Source: a virus (lineage: Duplodnaviria; Caudoviricetes). Taken from it: a DNA stretch of 64,000 nucleotides. Made by a program: the position numbers and the translations under genes. This document shows, piece by piece, positions 28,981-38,350 of this stretch; positions within the stretch are counted from its first letter, which is position 1, and the number at the start of each line of letters is the position of its first letter. Location of the stretch: IMG/VR virus record IMGVR_UViG_3300020049_003954, positions 1,070 through 65,069 of that record; one strand, given 5' to 3'. The notes under the pieces were generated by a model, which made no database searches, was not told where the DNA came from, and saw only the letters and a list, made by a program, of their open reading frames with translations.

Positions 28981-30479
28981 GCCCACACCTCACCGGATGA
29001 GCCGTTAATCTTAATCCATGCACCTGCGGCGTAAGAAATGTCTTTGTAAGTAAACTCTGTAGCATCCTGGCTAATAACAAGACCCTCTAGTGAGACTACA
29101 CAAGACTTGTCCCAACCTCTAGCTACAACAGCAGCGTGAGAAAGCTTACCACCTAAAGCAGTAAGGATACCAACAGAGTTTTTCATCTGTGTAATATCTT
29201 CTGGGTTAGTCTCCATTGCTACATAGATGAAAGGTGTACCCTCTTCGGCTAGTTCATCAGCCTGCTCGTGAGACAGAGCAATCTGACCAACAACAGTGCC
29301 ATCAGTTGCACCGATACCACTGCCAATGTATTTCAGATTACCTGGGTCACTTGATCCAGCTTCCATCTTGGGTAGGAGAGATAAGAATTTCTCCGTAGCA
29401 GCAACGCTGGAAATAACACCTTCACGAGACATGTCGATGATGCTTCTCACGTTGGCCCGCTGTGATCTTTTAGCTACACGATACTGTAGGAGATATAGTT
29501 TACCTCTCTCAATGGTGAACTCAATATCTAGAATGTCACGCTCGTTCTGAAAGAGTTTACTCATCGCAGCCTGTAACTCTCTAGCTGGCTTAAGTAGTTC
29601 CTCATCCTCAAACATTTTAGCGATAGGAAATACCTTATGAGTACCAGCCACAACGTCTTCACCCTGTGCTTTCTTAAGGTAGTCACCGTAAATACCTTTC
29701 TCACCAGTGTTAGGGTTGTGAGTGAACACAACACCAGTAGCTGATGAGTCAAGGTTGCCAAAAACCATTTGCTGAACAGTCACAGCAGTACCCATCTTAG
29801 GATTGATCTTCTCAATCTTACGATAGGATACAGCCTTCTCGGAGAACCAAGAAGAATACACAGCATTACAGGCTTCTAAAAGCTGGATATTTGGATCGTC
29901 GGGAAACTCTTCGCCAACTTCCTGGCGGTAGATTTCCTCAAAGAAGTTGACAAGAATCTCGTAGACTTCCTCATCGAACTCACCGTAATAGATTTTAGCT
30001 GCGTCATAAATCTCATTGAACAGCTTAGGGTCAACACCCTTGACAGTCACACCGAACATCTGGATAAGACGACGGTAACAATCAAGACCGAACTCTCTTG
30101 TTGCTCCAAGAGACTCAACAAATCTGTTGATATTAGTTTTGGTCAGTCCGATGTTGAGGATCGTATCCATCATACCGGGCATGGAAATAGGGGCACCAGA
30201 ACGAACGGAAACCACTAAAGGTTTACCTTCGTCTAATGTCCATGTAGTGTCAGTGTTGTCAGCTAGGAAACGAATGTTGGACATGAGAGAATGGTGAAAA
30301 TAATCACCGGCTTCGAACTTCTCCCCACGATCAAACTTTTTCTCGAAACAATGGTTAGTAGTACAAACAAAACCTGTTGGTACGTTGAGTCCCATGTTTA
30401 ACATTCTGGAAATGTTGGCAGCCTTGCCGCCAACTAAGTCTTTAGATAGATCTGGTTGTTGTAAAGAAAGTAGTGTCAA
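28977..30479 (-). CDS. PPDK-like dikinase: ATP-grasp and phospho-His domains only, no pyruvate-binding barrel
   Basis: GGKA, VSVRSGA..SMPGMMDT, QQMVFGN, AQGEDVVAG, DIEFTIE, SHAAVVARG; stops at INGSSGEVW (500 aa). Confidence 0.9.
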   Translation of the reverse strand: MTLLSLQQPDLSKDLVGGKAANISRMLNMGLNVPTGFVCTTNHCFEKKFDRGEKFEAGDYFHHSLMSNIRFLADNTDTTWTLDEGKPLVVSVRSGAPISMPGMMDTILNIGLTKTNINRFVESLGATREFGLDCYRRLIQMFGVTVKGVDPKLFNEIYDAAKIYYGEFDEEVYEILVNFFEEIYRQEVGEEFPDDPNIQLLEACNAVYSSWFSEKAVSYRKIEKINPKMGTAVTVQQMVFGNLDSSATGVVFTHNPNTGEKGIYGDYLKKAQGEDVVAGTHKVFPIAKMFEDEELLKPARELQAAMSKLFQNERDILDIEFTIERGKLYLLQYRVAKRSQRANVRSIIDMSREGVISSVAATEKFLSLLPKMEAGSSDPGNLKYIGSGIGATDGTVVGQIALSHEQADELAEEGTPFIYVAMETNPEDITQMKNSVGILTALGGKLSHAAVVARGWDKSCVVSLEGLVISQDATEFTYKDISYAAGAWIKINGSSGEVWA

Positions 30480-30742
30480 CCTTCTTCTCCTTCGTCATCA
30501 TTTGCTATTGATAAGCTAAAGCCTAATGCCATTTCTGACCATGCTTCTTTGTGGTCAGCGCCATTCATCTGAGATAAGAATGCGAACTGTGTAAGTAACT
30601 GACGCATAGCCCAACGGATCACACGTTTTAAATCATCCTCTGTCATGCCAGCATATACAGCTTCTCTGGCATCTTTGTCATCTTCGTACATGGCAGTACC
30701 TAAAGCGAGGACTGTCTGTCGTGCTTCATTTTCTGAAATCAT
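30476..30742 (-). CDS. Hypothetical protein
   Basis: 88 aa, stop overlaps the dikinase start. Confidence 0.65.
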   Translation of the reverse strand: MISENEARQTVLALGTAMYEDDKDAREAVYAGMTEDDLKRVIRWAMRQLLTQFAFLSQMNGADHKEAWSEMALGFSLSIANDDEGEEG

Positions 30743-31053
30743 TTTGTTGCTCTTCTCTCTCTAGATTCTCTTACTGCTTTGGCCCATACATCAAATGGGT
30801 CTGGTTCGATCTTCTTAAATCTTTGATACTCTTCATCTGCAATGGAACAGATGACATTGACTTCGGAATTGTATCTCATATCCCACTCTACAATATTCCA
30901 CCAGTCTTTATTAATGACAGCATTGATTGCGTCGATAACTTCCTCTTTCGAAGAATAATCTTCTGGCTGTAGGCCGAAGTCACAAAGTTCCTCTTCCCAA
31001 TCCGTTCCAAATTCAACCTCAACTGTCATCAACATCTGTCCCACCAATTTCAT
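30739..31053 (-). CDS. Hypothetical protein
   Basis: 104 aa. Confidence 0.6.
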   Translation of the reverse strand: MKLVGQMLMTVEVEFGTDWEEELCDFGLQPEDYSSKEEVIDAINAVINKDWWNIVEWDMRYNSEVNVICSIADEEYQRFKKIEPDPFDVWAKAVRESRERRATK

Positions 31054-31357
31054 TTAGAACGTCGAGCAATAGGTCTTGTACCTCGCTGGTAGGAACTATA
31101 GTGCGGCCCGACAGCTTTGTCAAATGCTCCCTTAACAGGCTCTCAGCAGTGGCCTTGCCCTCATGTGCAGGCTTTTTATTTTTAACAGGAACCTCTACAC
31201 CAAACTTAGCATAGATTTCTGTTGGTCCTAGATCACGGAACTCAGCGATCCAATATTCTTTCTCGTTGGATCGACGTGTAAGTCGAGCGGTCCATGTATC
31301 ATCAATAACATTGATGAGTTTCAGATTTGTTGGAAAGTTTACTTCGATGTCTGCCAT
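31019..31357 (-). CDS. Hypothetical protein
   Basis: 112 aa. Confidence 0.6.
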   Translation of the reverse strand: MADIEVNFPTNLKLINVIDDTWTARLTRRSNEKEYWIAEFRDLGPTEIYAKFGVEVPVKNKKPAHEGKATAESLLREHLTKLSGRTIVPTSEVQDLLLDVLNEIGGTDVDDS

Positions 31358-31367
31358 TTAATTTTCC

Positions 31368-31679
31368 TTAAACTTCGATGAATTTCTCTTTGAATGGAGG
31401 CCAATCAAAGAATGAATTTGGTAACTGTACTTTCATTTTGAAATCAGGGTCGTATCTTTTTCTGATGACTCTAGCGGCTAATTTATAGATCTCTAATTTA
31501 TCGTGATAGCTAGAGGATTCGCATTGAAATTGATTCTTATGAGAATAGCTAGTAAACTCATCTTTATAGCCCCAATAATTAGTTGGGGTTTCAAGAAACT
31601 TACCATCTTTTCTAATCTTGAATCCTTTATATTTATCCTTGCTATCGTTAGGTATGATAAGTACTATCTCATACAACAT
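31368..31679 (-). CDS. Hypothetical protein
   Basis: 103 aa, coupled to the RNA ligase. Confidence 0.6.
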   Translation of the reverse strand: MLYEIVLIIPNDSKDKYKGFKIRKDGKFLETPTNYWGYKDEFTSYSHKNQFQCESSSYHDKLEIYKLAARVIRKRYDPDFKMKVQLPNSFFDWPPFKEKFIEV

Positions 31680-32743
31680 TACTCACTCCTAGGCTTGATC
31701 ATCTTCCAGATGATATCATCGAAGTCCTTGTTATCATACATCCTGAACAGAATCGACTTAAAAGGATTGGACTTAATAGCTAAAGCAAAGTCTTTCTTTG
31801 AGGTCAGGTGTTTTACTTTACCGAACTCTACAATAACCTCATGTTCAATCTCGGAGAATGAGTCATTTAGATCGCCCACGGTCTGCTTCACCACCTGATA
31901 GAACTCATCAGGCACCTCAGCTAATAGCTCTAGGAAATCTTCACCGCTAGATAAAGATTCCCAAACCTTTTTGACGGAGAAGCTATGGATGATACCATGT
32001 AGCCGTACATACTCTGGGTGTTTTACTTTTAGTCTAAAGGATGGCTCGCCATACTTGAACCAAGTGCAAACTACACCTTCACGACCTTCGTATTCATTTG
32101 ATGTAGCGAATCTATATGCATCATCAATAGTATCAAAGCCAGTGTACTCATCAATACGAGTACCGTGCCAGTAGTCCAATGCTTGTAGCGGAATGTCTGC
32201 GCCATTATTATTATCAATAGCTGCGATCAAAACTAGTTCAGCTTTATCACCGTAGTCTACGCAGATTCGATTGTCAGGGTAGATGATTTCTACTAGAGTC
32301 GTTACACCCTCTGGCTGACTATACGCCCAACGATCAGAATAAAGAGCAGGATATTCTTCTTGTAGCCAGTTGGTTGCCCAAATAGCTTGATCTGATTCAA
32401 AAGAACCTCTTGTAGCTACACTCCAATCATTACCATCATGATAAATAATACCAAGTGAACCATCAGCTTTATCGGATACGTTTGGTACACGATCATAAAT
32501 TACTGGATCAGGAATAATCTCTGTATAGTTAAAGATCTTAGGGAATGGTCGAGCAACAATATTGTAGTCCTCATCAAGCACAAGACCCCTGCAAGTTTTG
32601 GTTACAGGGGTCCAGTTACGAGAGTATTGAACTAATGGTGAGTAGTTATAGATGGACAACTTACCATTTACATGTGGCCTCTTCGTTACTAGTCCATCTG
32701 CTACTGCCGCATCTAACTCTTCAATTGTAAATGGTAAGCTCAT
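31679..32743 (-). CDS. T4 Rnl1-like RNA ligase
   Basis: CRGLV, RPFPKIFN, KADGS, TRGSF, EII, EGVV, KVK. Confidence 0.9.
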   Translation of the reverse strand: MSLPFTIEELDAAVADGLVTKRPHVNGKLSIYNYSPLVQYSRNWTPVTKTCRGLVLDEDYNIVARPFPKIFNYTEIIPDPVIYDRVPNVSDKADGSLGIIYHDGNDWSVATRGSFESDQAIWATNWLQEEYPALYSDRWAYSQPEGVTTLVEIIYPDNRICVDYGDKAELVLIAAIDNNNGADIPLQALDYWHGTRIDEYTGFDTIDDAYRFATSNEYEGREGVVCTWFKYGEPSFRLKVKHPEYVRLHGIIHSFSVKKVWESLSSGEDFLELLAEVPDEFYQVVKQTVGDLNDSFSEIEHEVIVEFGKVKHLTSKKDFALAIKSNPFKSILFRMYDNKDFDDIIWKMIKPRSE

Positions 32744-32744
32744 A

Positions 32745-32981
32745 CTAAAGTCTTTCGTTAGTGTCTACATCTTCTGTTACTACTGTTGCATTCCAAGCAT
32801 CAATGATAGAGCGAGGATGGCCCGCTTCATCATAATATGTTGGGGTGTTCTCGTCCCAGATATCTTCGACATCAAATTTATCATTGACCAGGGCAAAACT
32901 CTCAATGAGAGTACCGTCCCAATCTTCTTCACCAGTCTTGATAATTTTGAAAGGGATTAGAATTTCAATTACTTCACTCAT
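32745..32981 (-). CDS. Hypothetical protein
   Basis: 78 aa. Confidence 0.55.
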   Translation of the reverse strand: MSEVIEILIPFKIIKTGEEDWDGTLIESFALVNDKFDVEDIWDENTPTYYDEAGHPRSIIDAWNATVVTEDVDTNERL

Positions 32982-33226
32982 ACTGCCTCACTTTTATAGG
33001 TTTTATACATTGCATACATTTGGAATAGGACCCACGAGATTGTCATTAGATACGCTAGTATCATTTTGTCTGTCCAAGGATCACCCACGATAATAAGAAT
33101 AAGATAGGCTATTGTAGTCAGTACCTGTGCCCAAGGCCAGAGTTCAAAGGTGAATGTATCCTTTAGGTTCTGTTTTAATAGCGCTCTAACCTCTGCACGT
33201 CTGGCTTTTAGTTCTGCGTCAGCCAT
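32978..33226 (-). CDS. Small membrane protein (2 TM)
   Basis: 82 aa with hydrophobic segments. Confidence 0.6.
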   Translation of the reverse strand: MADAELKARRAEVRALLKQNLKDTFTFELWPWAQVLTTIAYLILIIVGDPWTDKMILAYLMTISWVLFQMYAMYKTYKSEAV

Positions 33227-33227
33227 A

Positions 33228-33419
33228 TCAGTTCCCCGTAATTCCTAGTATATTTCTTAAGGCTACGATTTGTTCAGCAGCTTCAAGGAAAATAGATTTA
33301 CCAGTTAGCTCGCCCTTAATCATAGCTTCTATACTCTTGCGATGCTCTTGATCAGCATGAATGAGTCTATCTACGATGTCCTCAGGCTCATCAAACGTAG
33401 TTGTAATTGTGTTCGACAT
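33228..33419 (-). CDS. Hypothetical protein
   Basis: 63 aa. Confidence 0.55.
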   Translation of the reverse strand: MSNTITTTFDEPEDIVDRLIHADQEHRKSIEAMIKGELTGKSIFLEAAEQIVALRNILGITGN

Positions 33420-33420
33420 A

Positions 33421-33591
33421 TCAATCTCCTTTTCTCAGTGTGCTCATCATTCTCATTAGACGATGCCAACACTTCTTACAGATGTGCATCTTATAAACAC
33501 AATCATCTGAATCAGGAGGATCTAATATGATAGCACCGGGTTCGTTAAGTTCTTCCTCGCAGATGTAGCAGTCTATATGGAGGAGTGCCAT
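33421..33591 (-). CDS. Small Zn-ribbon protein (56 aa)
   Basis: CYIC...CKKC; translated by hand. Confidence 0.55.
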   Translation of the reverse strand: MALLHIDCYICEEELNEPGAIILDPPDSDDCVYKMHICKKCWHRLMRMMSTLRKGD

Positions 33592-33769
33592 TACTGTCCA
33601 TTCCTTAAGTGATCTTCTATACCTTGTGCATAACCTTTTTGGTATGCTATTTCCAGTGCATCACGCAAACCCAATACGCTCACTTCTGGAAAGTCATAAC
33701 GATCTACTCCCACTGGTTCTAGGTCATCTAGACCTAATACTCTTAACACTTCTGGATCTTCTGTAATTT

Positions 33770-34042
33770 TCATACTGCCACCCATTCATAAGTTACTAAC
33801 GTTTTCTTCTCTACCTCTTCAATAGGAGTAGGTTCAAAGTCAATGTCTGCATCTCCCACACCTTCGTAGTAACTAAAGCGATAGAATTTATTTGCTAGGT
33901 CAGAGTTCTCCGTGAACACTACCCACTGATCGAAACCCCAGCGACGTTCTTCACCTATGTAAACATCTTCTCTTCTCCATGAAGTAGAATCTCCACGAGC
34001 AATCTTTAATAGTTCTATAATATCTATGTCTGGCACCATCAT
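33770..34042 (-). CDS. Hypothetical protein
   Basis: 90 aa. Confidence 0.6.
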   Translation of the reverse strand: MMVPDIDIIELLKIARGDSTSWRREDVYIGEERRWGFDQWVVFTENSDLANKFYRFSYYEGVGDADIDFEPTPIEEVEKKTLVTYEWVAV

Positions 34043-34554
34043 AACTCCTGCACGTAATTAATATCTGCCTGGGGTGCCTCCCCTAGCTGGTCTGTAAACT
34101 TGCTGACTTTGGCCCCGTAGAGGTCAACGTAGCGGTCTGGGTCGAAGGCTTCTGAGAGGGTCCAGAAGCGGTCAAAAGCCTCCTGGGGGACCGGCCACGC
34201 TCGCTCCCGGTTGCGCCGCTCTACGAGGCTTCTGGGTGCGTCTGAGACAAGGATGGTCAGGGGGTGTCCCCACTGCCCACAATAAAGTTCTAGATCCTTG
34301 TCTCTGAATTTCTTATTCAGATTAGTGCCGTCCATGTAGACATCTAGACCCCTCTTTAACCGCGCTCTGATAATAGTATTACATAGATCAAAAGCATCTG
34401 GTGTAGCTGCCATATCTTGACGATTATCTGAAACTACTTCACGATAGTAGTCAGAAGAAACCACAGCCCAAGGCGTGATAATGCCGGCCTTAACCATTTC
34501 CTCAGCTACATATGATTTACCCGAACCTGGGCAAGCAACTGGCATGTATATCAT
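34039..34554 (-). CDS. Polynucleotide kinase-like P-loop kinase (AAA_33)
   Basis: CPGSGKS, SSD..R, DGTNL, RN..R. Confidence 0.85.
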   Translation of the reverse strand: MIYMPVACPGSGKSYVAEEMVKAGIITPWAVVSSDYYREVVSDNRQDMAATPDAFDLCNTIIRARLKRGLDVYMDGTNLNKKFRDKDLELYCGQWGHPLTILVSDAPRSLVERRNRERAWPVPQEAFDRFWTLSEAFDPDRYVDLYGAKVSKFTDQLGEAPQADINYVQEL

Positions 34555-34772
34555 TAGTATTCCTTCTCATACTTTGCTGCAAATGGGTCCATGTTTCTTA
34601 GAACATCCATCACTGCATGACCAACAAGTTCATCAAAATCTTTATCTAATATAACTCTGTAGCTTTCACGGTCTAAGTCCTCTACAATTTGTAGAGGATG
34701 CTTATGACCGCTCCGCTTTAAAGCTAGACAGATATTGTCTAGATACTCTTTGTCATATTTATTTTGATCCAT
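34554..34772 (-). CDS. Hypothetical protein
   Basis: 72 aa. Confidence 0.55.
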   Translation of the reverse strand: MDQNKYDKEYLDNICLALKRSGHKHPLQIVEDLDRESYRVILDKDFDELVGHAVMDVLRNMDPFAAKYEKEY

Positions 34773-34989
34773 TTTCCTTGTCCAATTTCACGGTGTAGTC
34801 CATGATAGCAAACCATGCTGGCTGAGAGATACTATACTCATGGTCAACAATAGTTTTCTTGCCAGTGACCGCACAGGTTCCGTACTTTGCAGAAGCCTGA
34901 GCATTGTATGTTACTTCGTTCAGTTCCTTACTGGCCGCACGGATTTCACGACGGAGTTTCTTATTGGCTGGTTTATTTTTTGCGCTCAT
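34759..34989 (-). CDS. Hypothetical protein
   Basis: 76 aa. Confidence 0.55.
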   Translation of the reverse strand: MSAKNKPANKKLRREIRAASKELNEVTYNAQASAKYGTCAVTGKKTIVDHEYSISQPAWFAIMDYTVKLDKENGSK

Positions 34990-35189
34990 ACTACCTCAAC
35001 CCATTTTGTGCATGTTTGTAATAGATGATCGTAATCACCAGACATAGCTTCTTCCATAAAGTCATTCACGAGAAGCTTTGCCTCTGGATCACGTTTCATT
35101 TCTCTAGCAACTGCTCCCATAACCGAGATCGCATTACCATCAGTTCCTGTTAGCTGTACCTCAATGTGAGGAAATTTTGGCTCATTCAT
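34986..35189 (-). CDS. Small phage protein (DGNA motif)
   Basis: LTGTDGNA..SGDYDHLL. Confidence 0.7.
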   Translation of the reverse strand: MNEPKFPHIEVQLTGTDGNAISVMGAVAREMKRDPEAKLLVNDFMEEAMSGDYDHLLQTCTKWVEVV

Positions 35190-35246
35190 TGCTTTTCTCC
35201 TATAAAAGTTCGAAATCTGAAATATTTTCCGGGGAAATTTGAAACA

Positions 35247-35894
35247 TTAGGGCATAATTGGACTATGTTCTAATAGTACTTGGTGGATTACGTCGATTGG
35301 AATTGGATGGTATCTTTCAACACCATATGCGGTATAATCCGCATCAAGGCCAACGTGAATCTGACGTTCTCCCCAAATAATTTCCTCTGCGTGAATATGG
35401 CCGTGTAGAAGGAATAAACCCTCATCCTTGGGTCTGAACATGTCAATCTTTTTGGCATTATAGCGAGTTTCGCTATGATCGCCATTATACGGGAAATGAT
35501 TGATTACTACATCAATTCCGTTAATATTCATTTCCATCTGAGGAACGATTTTATCGAAATATGTTGCATATACGTCATACCACTGATTTCGCTTATCAAT
35601 GCTATACATGGGATGAATATGATCATGGTTTCCCACAACAAGAGTCTTATGACCGGGAATTGTCCCGAACCACTTTAAGTTCTCATTGCGATTTCCCATA
35701 ACAGCGTCACCAACAACAATTAGCTCATCATCTGGATTTAAGGTCGAACAGAAATTCTCTCGTAGACCTTCTGCCATCGCTGCAACATTTTCCCAGGGAC
35801 GGCCAGTGTAAGGGATGATTCCCTTTAACTGGCCCGTCTCCTGATCAGTATGTTCGTGCCCAATATGGGTATCACTTGTTATGTATGTTGTCAT
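35247..35894 (-). CDS. Calcineurin-like phosphoesterase
   Basis: SDTH.GH, GD, GNHD, HFP, HGHIH. Confidence 0.9.
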   Translation of the reverse strand: MTTYITSDTHIGHEHTDQETGQLKGIIPYTGRPWENVAAMAEGLRENFCSTLNPDDELIVVGDAVMGNRNENLKWFGTIPGHKTLVVGNHDHIHPMYSIDKRNQWYDVYATYFDKIVPQMEMNINGIDVVINHFPYNGDHSETRYNAKKIDMFRPKDEGLFLLHGHIHAEEIIWGERQIHVGLDADYTAYGVERYHPIPIDVIHQVLLEHSPIMP

Positions 35895-35921
35895 AAGCTC
35901 GCATTCTCTCTTACTTGGAAT

Positions 35922-36167
35922 CTAGTAATAATCTCCACCGAAGTAGTAATCATCCATCGCCCGCTGTTCCGCTTTCTCTGCGGCCCAATCTTCTAGTGCC
36001 GCATCCTCGTATGCTCCGTATTCGATTTCGGATTCAAGTTCATCTGGATCTAACTCTTGATTCTCACACCATGCTACATAATGTTCGTATTGTTCTTCTT
36101 TAGATGAGCGTTCTCGCTCTAATCTTGAATCAAAAGCTTCTATTTGTTTATCCAAATCGTAAATCAT
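35922..36167 (-). CDS. Acidic hypothetical protein
   Basis: 81 aa. Confidence 0.55.
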   Translation of the reverse strand: MIYDLDKQIEAFDSRLERERSSKEEQYEHYVAWCENQELDPDELESEIEYGAYEDAALEDWAAEKAEQRAMDDYYFGGDYY

Positions 36168-36346
36168 TTTTCGAAATCTTTCATTAGTGTTGAGGATTTT
36201 TCTGGATTATTCCTCATCCATTTAACAAATGCAATTTGTCCTTCTAGTCTATCTCCATAGTAAAGAAAGCCATTACATGCACTTGCAGCTTCTCTAAAGG
36301 TTTCATTGAATTCTTCTACGTCTGGAAATTCTTGTAATTCACCCAT
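36164..36346 (-). CDS. Hypothetical protein
   Basis: 60 aa. Confidence 0.5.
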   Translation of the reverse strand: MGELQEFPDVEEFNETFREAASACNGFLYYGDRLEGQIAFVKWMRNNPEKSSTLMKDFEK

Positions 36347-36444
36347 ATATATCCACCTCTTAATAATTATTTAGGCCGCTACCTAACGATTAACGATGCC
36401 GTGTTTAAAGGGACCAAAGACCCTCACCTAAACTATTATTTATT

Positions 36445-36627
36445 TCAGACTAGCTCACGCTGGGCACGAATACGCTCTCCCCATTTTCTAAATGTTCCTG
36501 GGAGCACTCCCAATTCGCGGGCCGCAGCAGACTGATTACCGCCATGAGCCTTAACTAGCTTATTGAACTGAGTATAGGTTAGACGACCTAGACGCTCAGT
36601 GTTAATCGCTACAGTTTTACTTGCCAT
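36445..36627 (-). CDS. Small HTH DNA-binding protein
   Basis: GNQSAAARELGV..GTF. Confidence 0.75.
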   Translation of the reverse strand: MASKTVAINTERLGRLTYTQFNKLVKAHGGNQSAAARELGVLPGTFRKWGERIRAQRELV

Positions 36628-36667
36628 TTATTTCTCCTTTTTCCTTTTTCTTTTCTCTTAATGAGAT

Positions 36668-36856
36668 TTAATCTGTTAGTGAGACTTCTACACTAACGCC
36701 GGATTCTACATTCTCTTCGTCAATAGTGAAAAGTCTTAAAGCTTCAACAACAAGACCCATGCCACCCTCCGAAGCTGCAACTGCATTATCCGCATCTACC
36801 TTGGTGTCGAACATCTGGACATCACCATCGTCTAGAATCGCTAGAAAATTACTCAT
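36668..36856 (-). CDS. Hypothetical protein
   Basis: 62 aa. Confidence 0.55.
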   Translation of the reverse strand: MSNFLAILDDGDVQMFDTKVDADNAVAASEGGMGLVVEALRLFTIDEENVESGVSVEVSLTD

Positions 36857-37359
36857 GCTGGTAAATCCTCTCTGATCTGATGGGCCTTTTTACGAGCCTT
36901 TTTCTTTTTACCTGAGTTCACCGCATCACGAAGAACTGAGCCAGTCGTCTGAAAACGAGTATCTGGCACAGTGTCATCTGCTACTGCCGCAGACTTTTCT
37001 GCAAGCTTTAAGTTGATGAGTTCAGCAAATTCGCACTGGAATTTGTAGCTGTGTGCTCTCTTACGTTCCACAAGCTCCTGTGTGGCCCGTAGACGGCGCT
37101 CACGCTCACGATCACGCTCATGGACAACAGCGTATGCCTCACGCTCTAACTCTTCTCCTGCGGCCTGTAGGGCACGTCCTAGGGCAAGTTTGTCACCTAC
37201 CACAAAGTCTAGGTCATCTTCTCCCATGCAGCGTGAAGAACCTGTTTCTACTAGCGAGATGATTTCTAAATTATCTTCGACACCAGCTACGCCATCAATT
37301 TCTAGGGTGCAAATTGTTACACCTGCTTTTTCGTCTGTTATCATTGTTGCACTAATCAT
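36853..37359 (-). CDS. dsRBD-fold (DUF1876-like) protein
   Basis: GSSRC..ED.....GDKLALGRAL. Confidence 0.6.
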   Translation of the reverse strand: MISATMITDEKAGVTICTLEIDGVAGVEDNLEIISLVETGSSRCMGEDDLDFVVGDKLALGRALQAAGEELEREAYAVVHERDRERERRLRATQELVERKRAHSYKFQCEFAELINLKLAEKSAAVADDTVPDTRFQTTGSVLRDAVNSGKKKKARKKAHQIREDLPA

Positions 37360-37423
37360 TATTTTTCCTTTATCGTTCTAGGACTCATCGTTAGAGTCAT
37401 CATATCATCTTGGGACGGTCAAC

Positions 37424-37687
37424 TCAAGAGGGAATTTCCTCTTCCTGAGGAAGCTCTCCGTAAACATTAACATAGTTTGTACTAGCTAATGCTGCTAGCA
37501 AATCACGAATATCTACAGCTACAGAAGCTAATGTTTCATACGAAACTGTTTCACTTGTTTCTTCTGTTTGAGTAACAATAGACAAATAAACAACATTTCC
37601 AACACCGCTAACTTCTAATAGAGGTGAAGCTGGTGGAGCATATTCTTCTGTTACATCTTCAATATAAACTGAGTGAATAGTCATCAT
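37424..37687 (-). CDS. Hypothetical protein
   Basis: 87 aa. Confidence 0.55.
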   Translation of the reverse strand: MMTIHSVYIEDVTEEYAPPASPLLEVSGVGNVVYLSIVTQTEETSETVSYETLASVAVDIRDLLAALASTNYVNVYGELPQEEEIPS

Positions 37688-37959
37688 ACATTTTTTCTAG
37701 GATTAGTTACTTCTTTAAATAGATACTCTTGGGCTTTGTAAACTTTGCCGAGTAAGCCCTTAAATGTTTTATTGTAGATAAAGCTTCCTACAGCCATAGG
37801 GACCATTAATGGCCACATACACATGACAAAATATTGGAATCCTTCATCAGCGTTAGTCCACTTACGTTTTTGAACATAATAGATTTTGACAAAGTTGCCG
37901 ATAACAAGACCAATTAAAAGATATACCAAAACTCCCAATATAATCAGGAAATAAGTCAT
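37684..37959 (-). CDS. 2-TM membrane protein, paralog 1
   Basis: YLLIG / MWPL / ends NPRKNV. Confidence 0.75.
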   Translation of the reverse strand: MTYFLIILGVLVYLLIGLVIGNFVKIYYVQKRKWTNADEGFQYFVMCMWPLMVPMAVGSFIYNKTFKGLLGKVYKAQEYLFKEVTNPRKNV

Positions 37960-37985
37960 TTCAGATACCTAAACCTTTCATCTGT

Positions 37986-38015
37986 ACTATACCACACACC
38001 GCGACACGATGTCAA
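37986..38015 (-). promoter_or_regulatory. Sigma70-type promoter
   Basis: TTGACA-18-TATAGT with TGTG extension. Confidence 0.6.
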
Positions 38016-38350
38016 GGTGTTTGTTCGTCTACTGAGCCTTTTCTCAGGGATCTTACGTTCTTCCTGGGAGCGAAAATCTTAAAGATTACCCACTTTAAAG
38101 GAACGGTAAGTGGCTTTGTAAGAATTGAATAATTAAGGTCCCATATGTAATCAAAGGCAGCTACTGCCACAACGCCAAGTTTGCCAATAAGCCACATAAG
38201 TATAGCAATAGGCCACACAAACACAGCTATCGTTTCAAAATCTTCCCAATATTCAATCTCATCAGGCTTTCTAGCTTCCAAATAATACTTGTGTCCATAA
38301 CCAACAAGAAACCCAATGAATAGATAAGCAATTATCAACACTATAGTCAT
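38012..38350 (-). CDS. 2-TM membrane protein, paralog 2
   Basis: YLFIG / VWPI / APRKNV followed by an extension. Confidence 0.75.
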   Translation of the reverse strand: MTIVLIIAYLFIGFLVGYGHKYYLEARKPDEIEYWEDFETIAVFVWPIAILMWLIGKLGVVAVAAFDYIWDLNYSILTKPLTVPLKWVIFKIFAPRKNVRSLRKGSVDEQTP

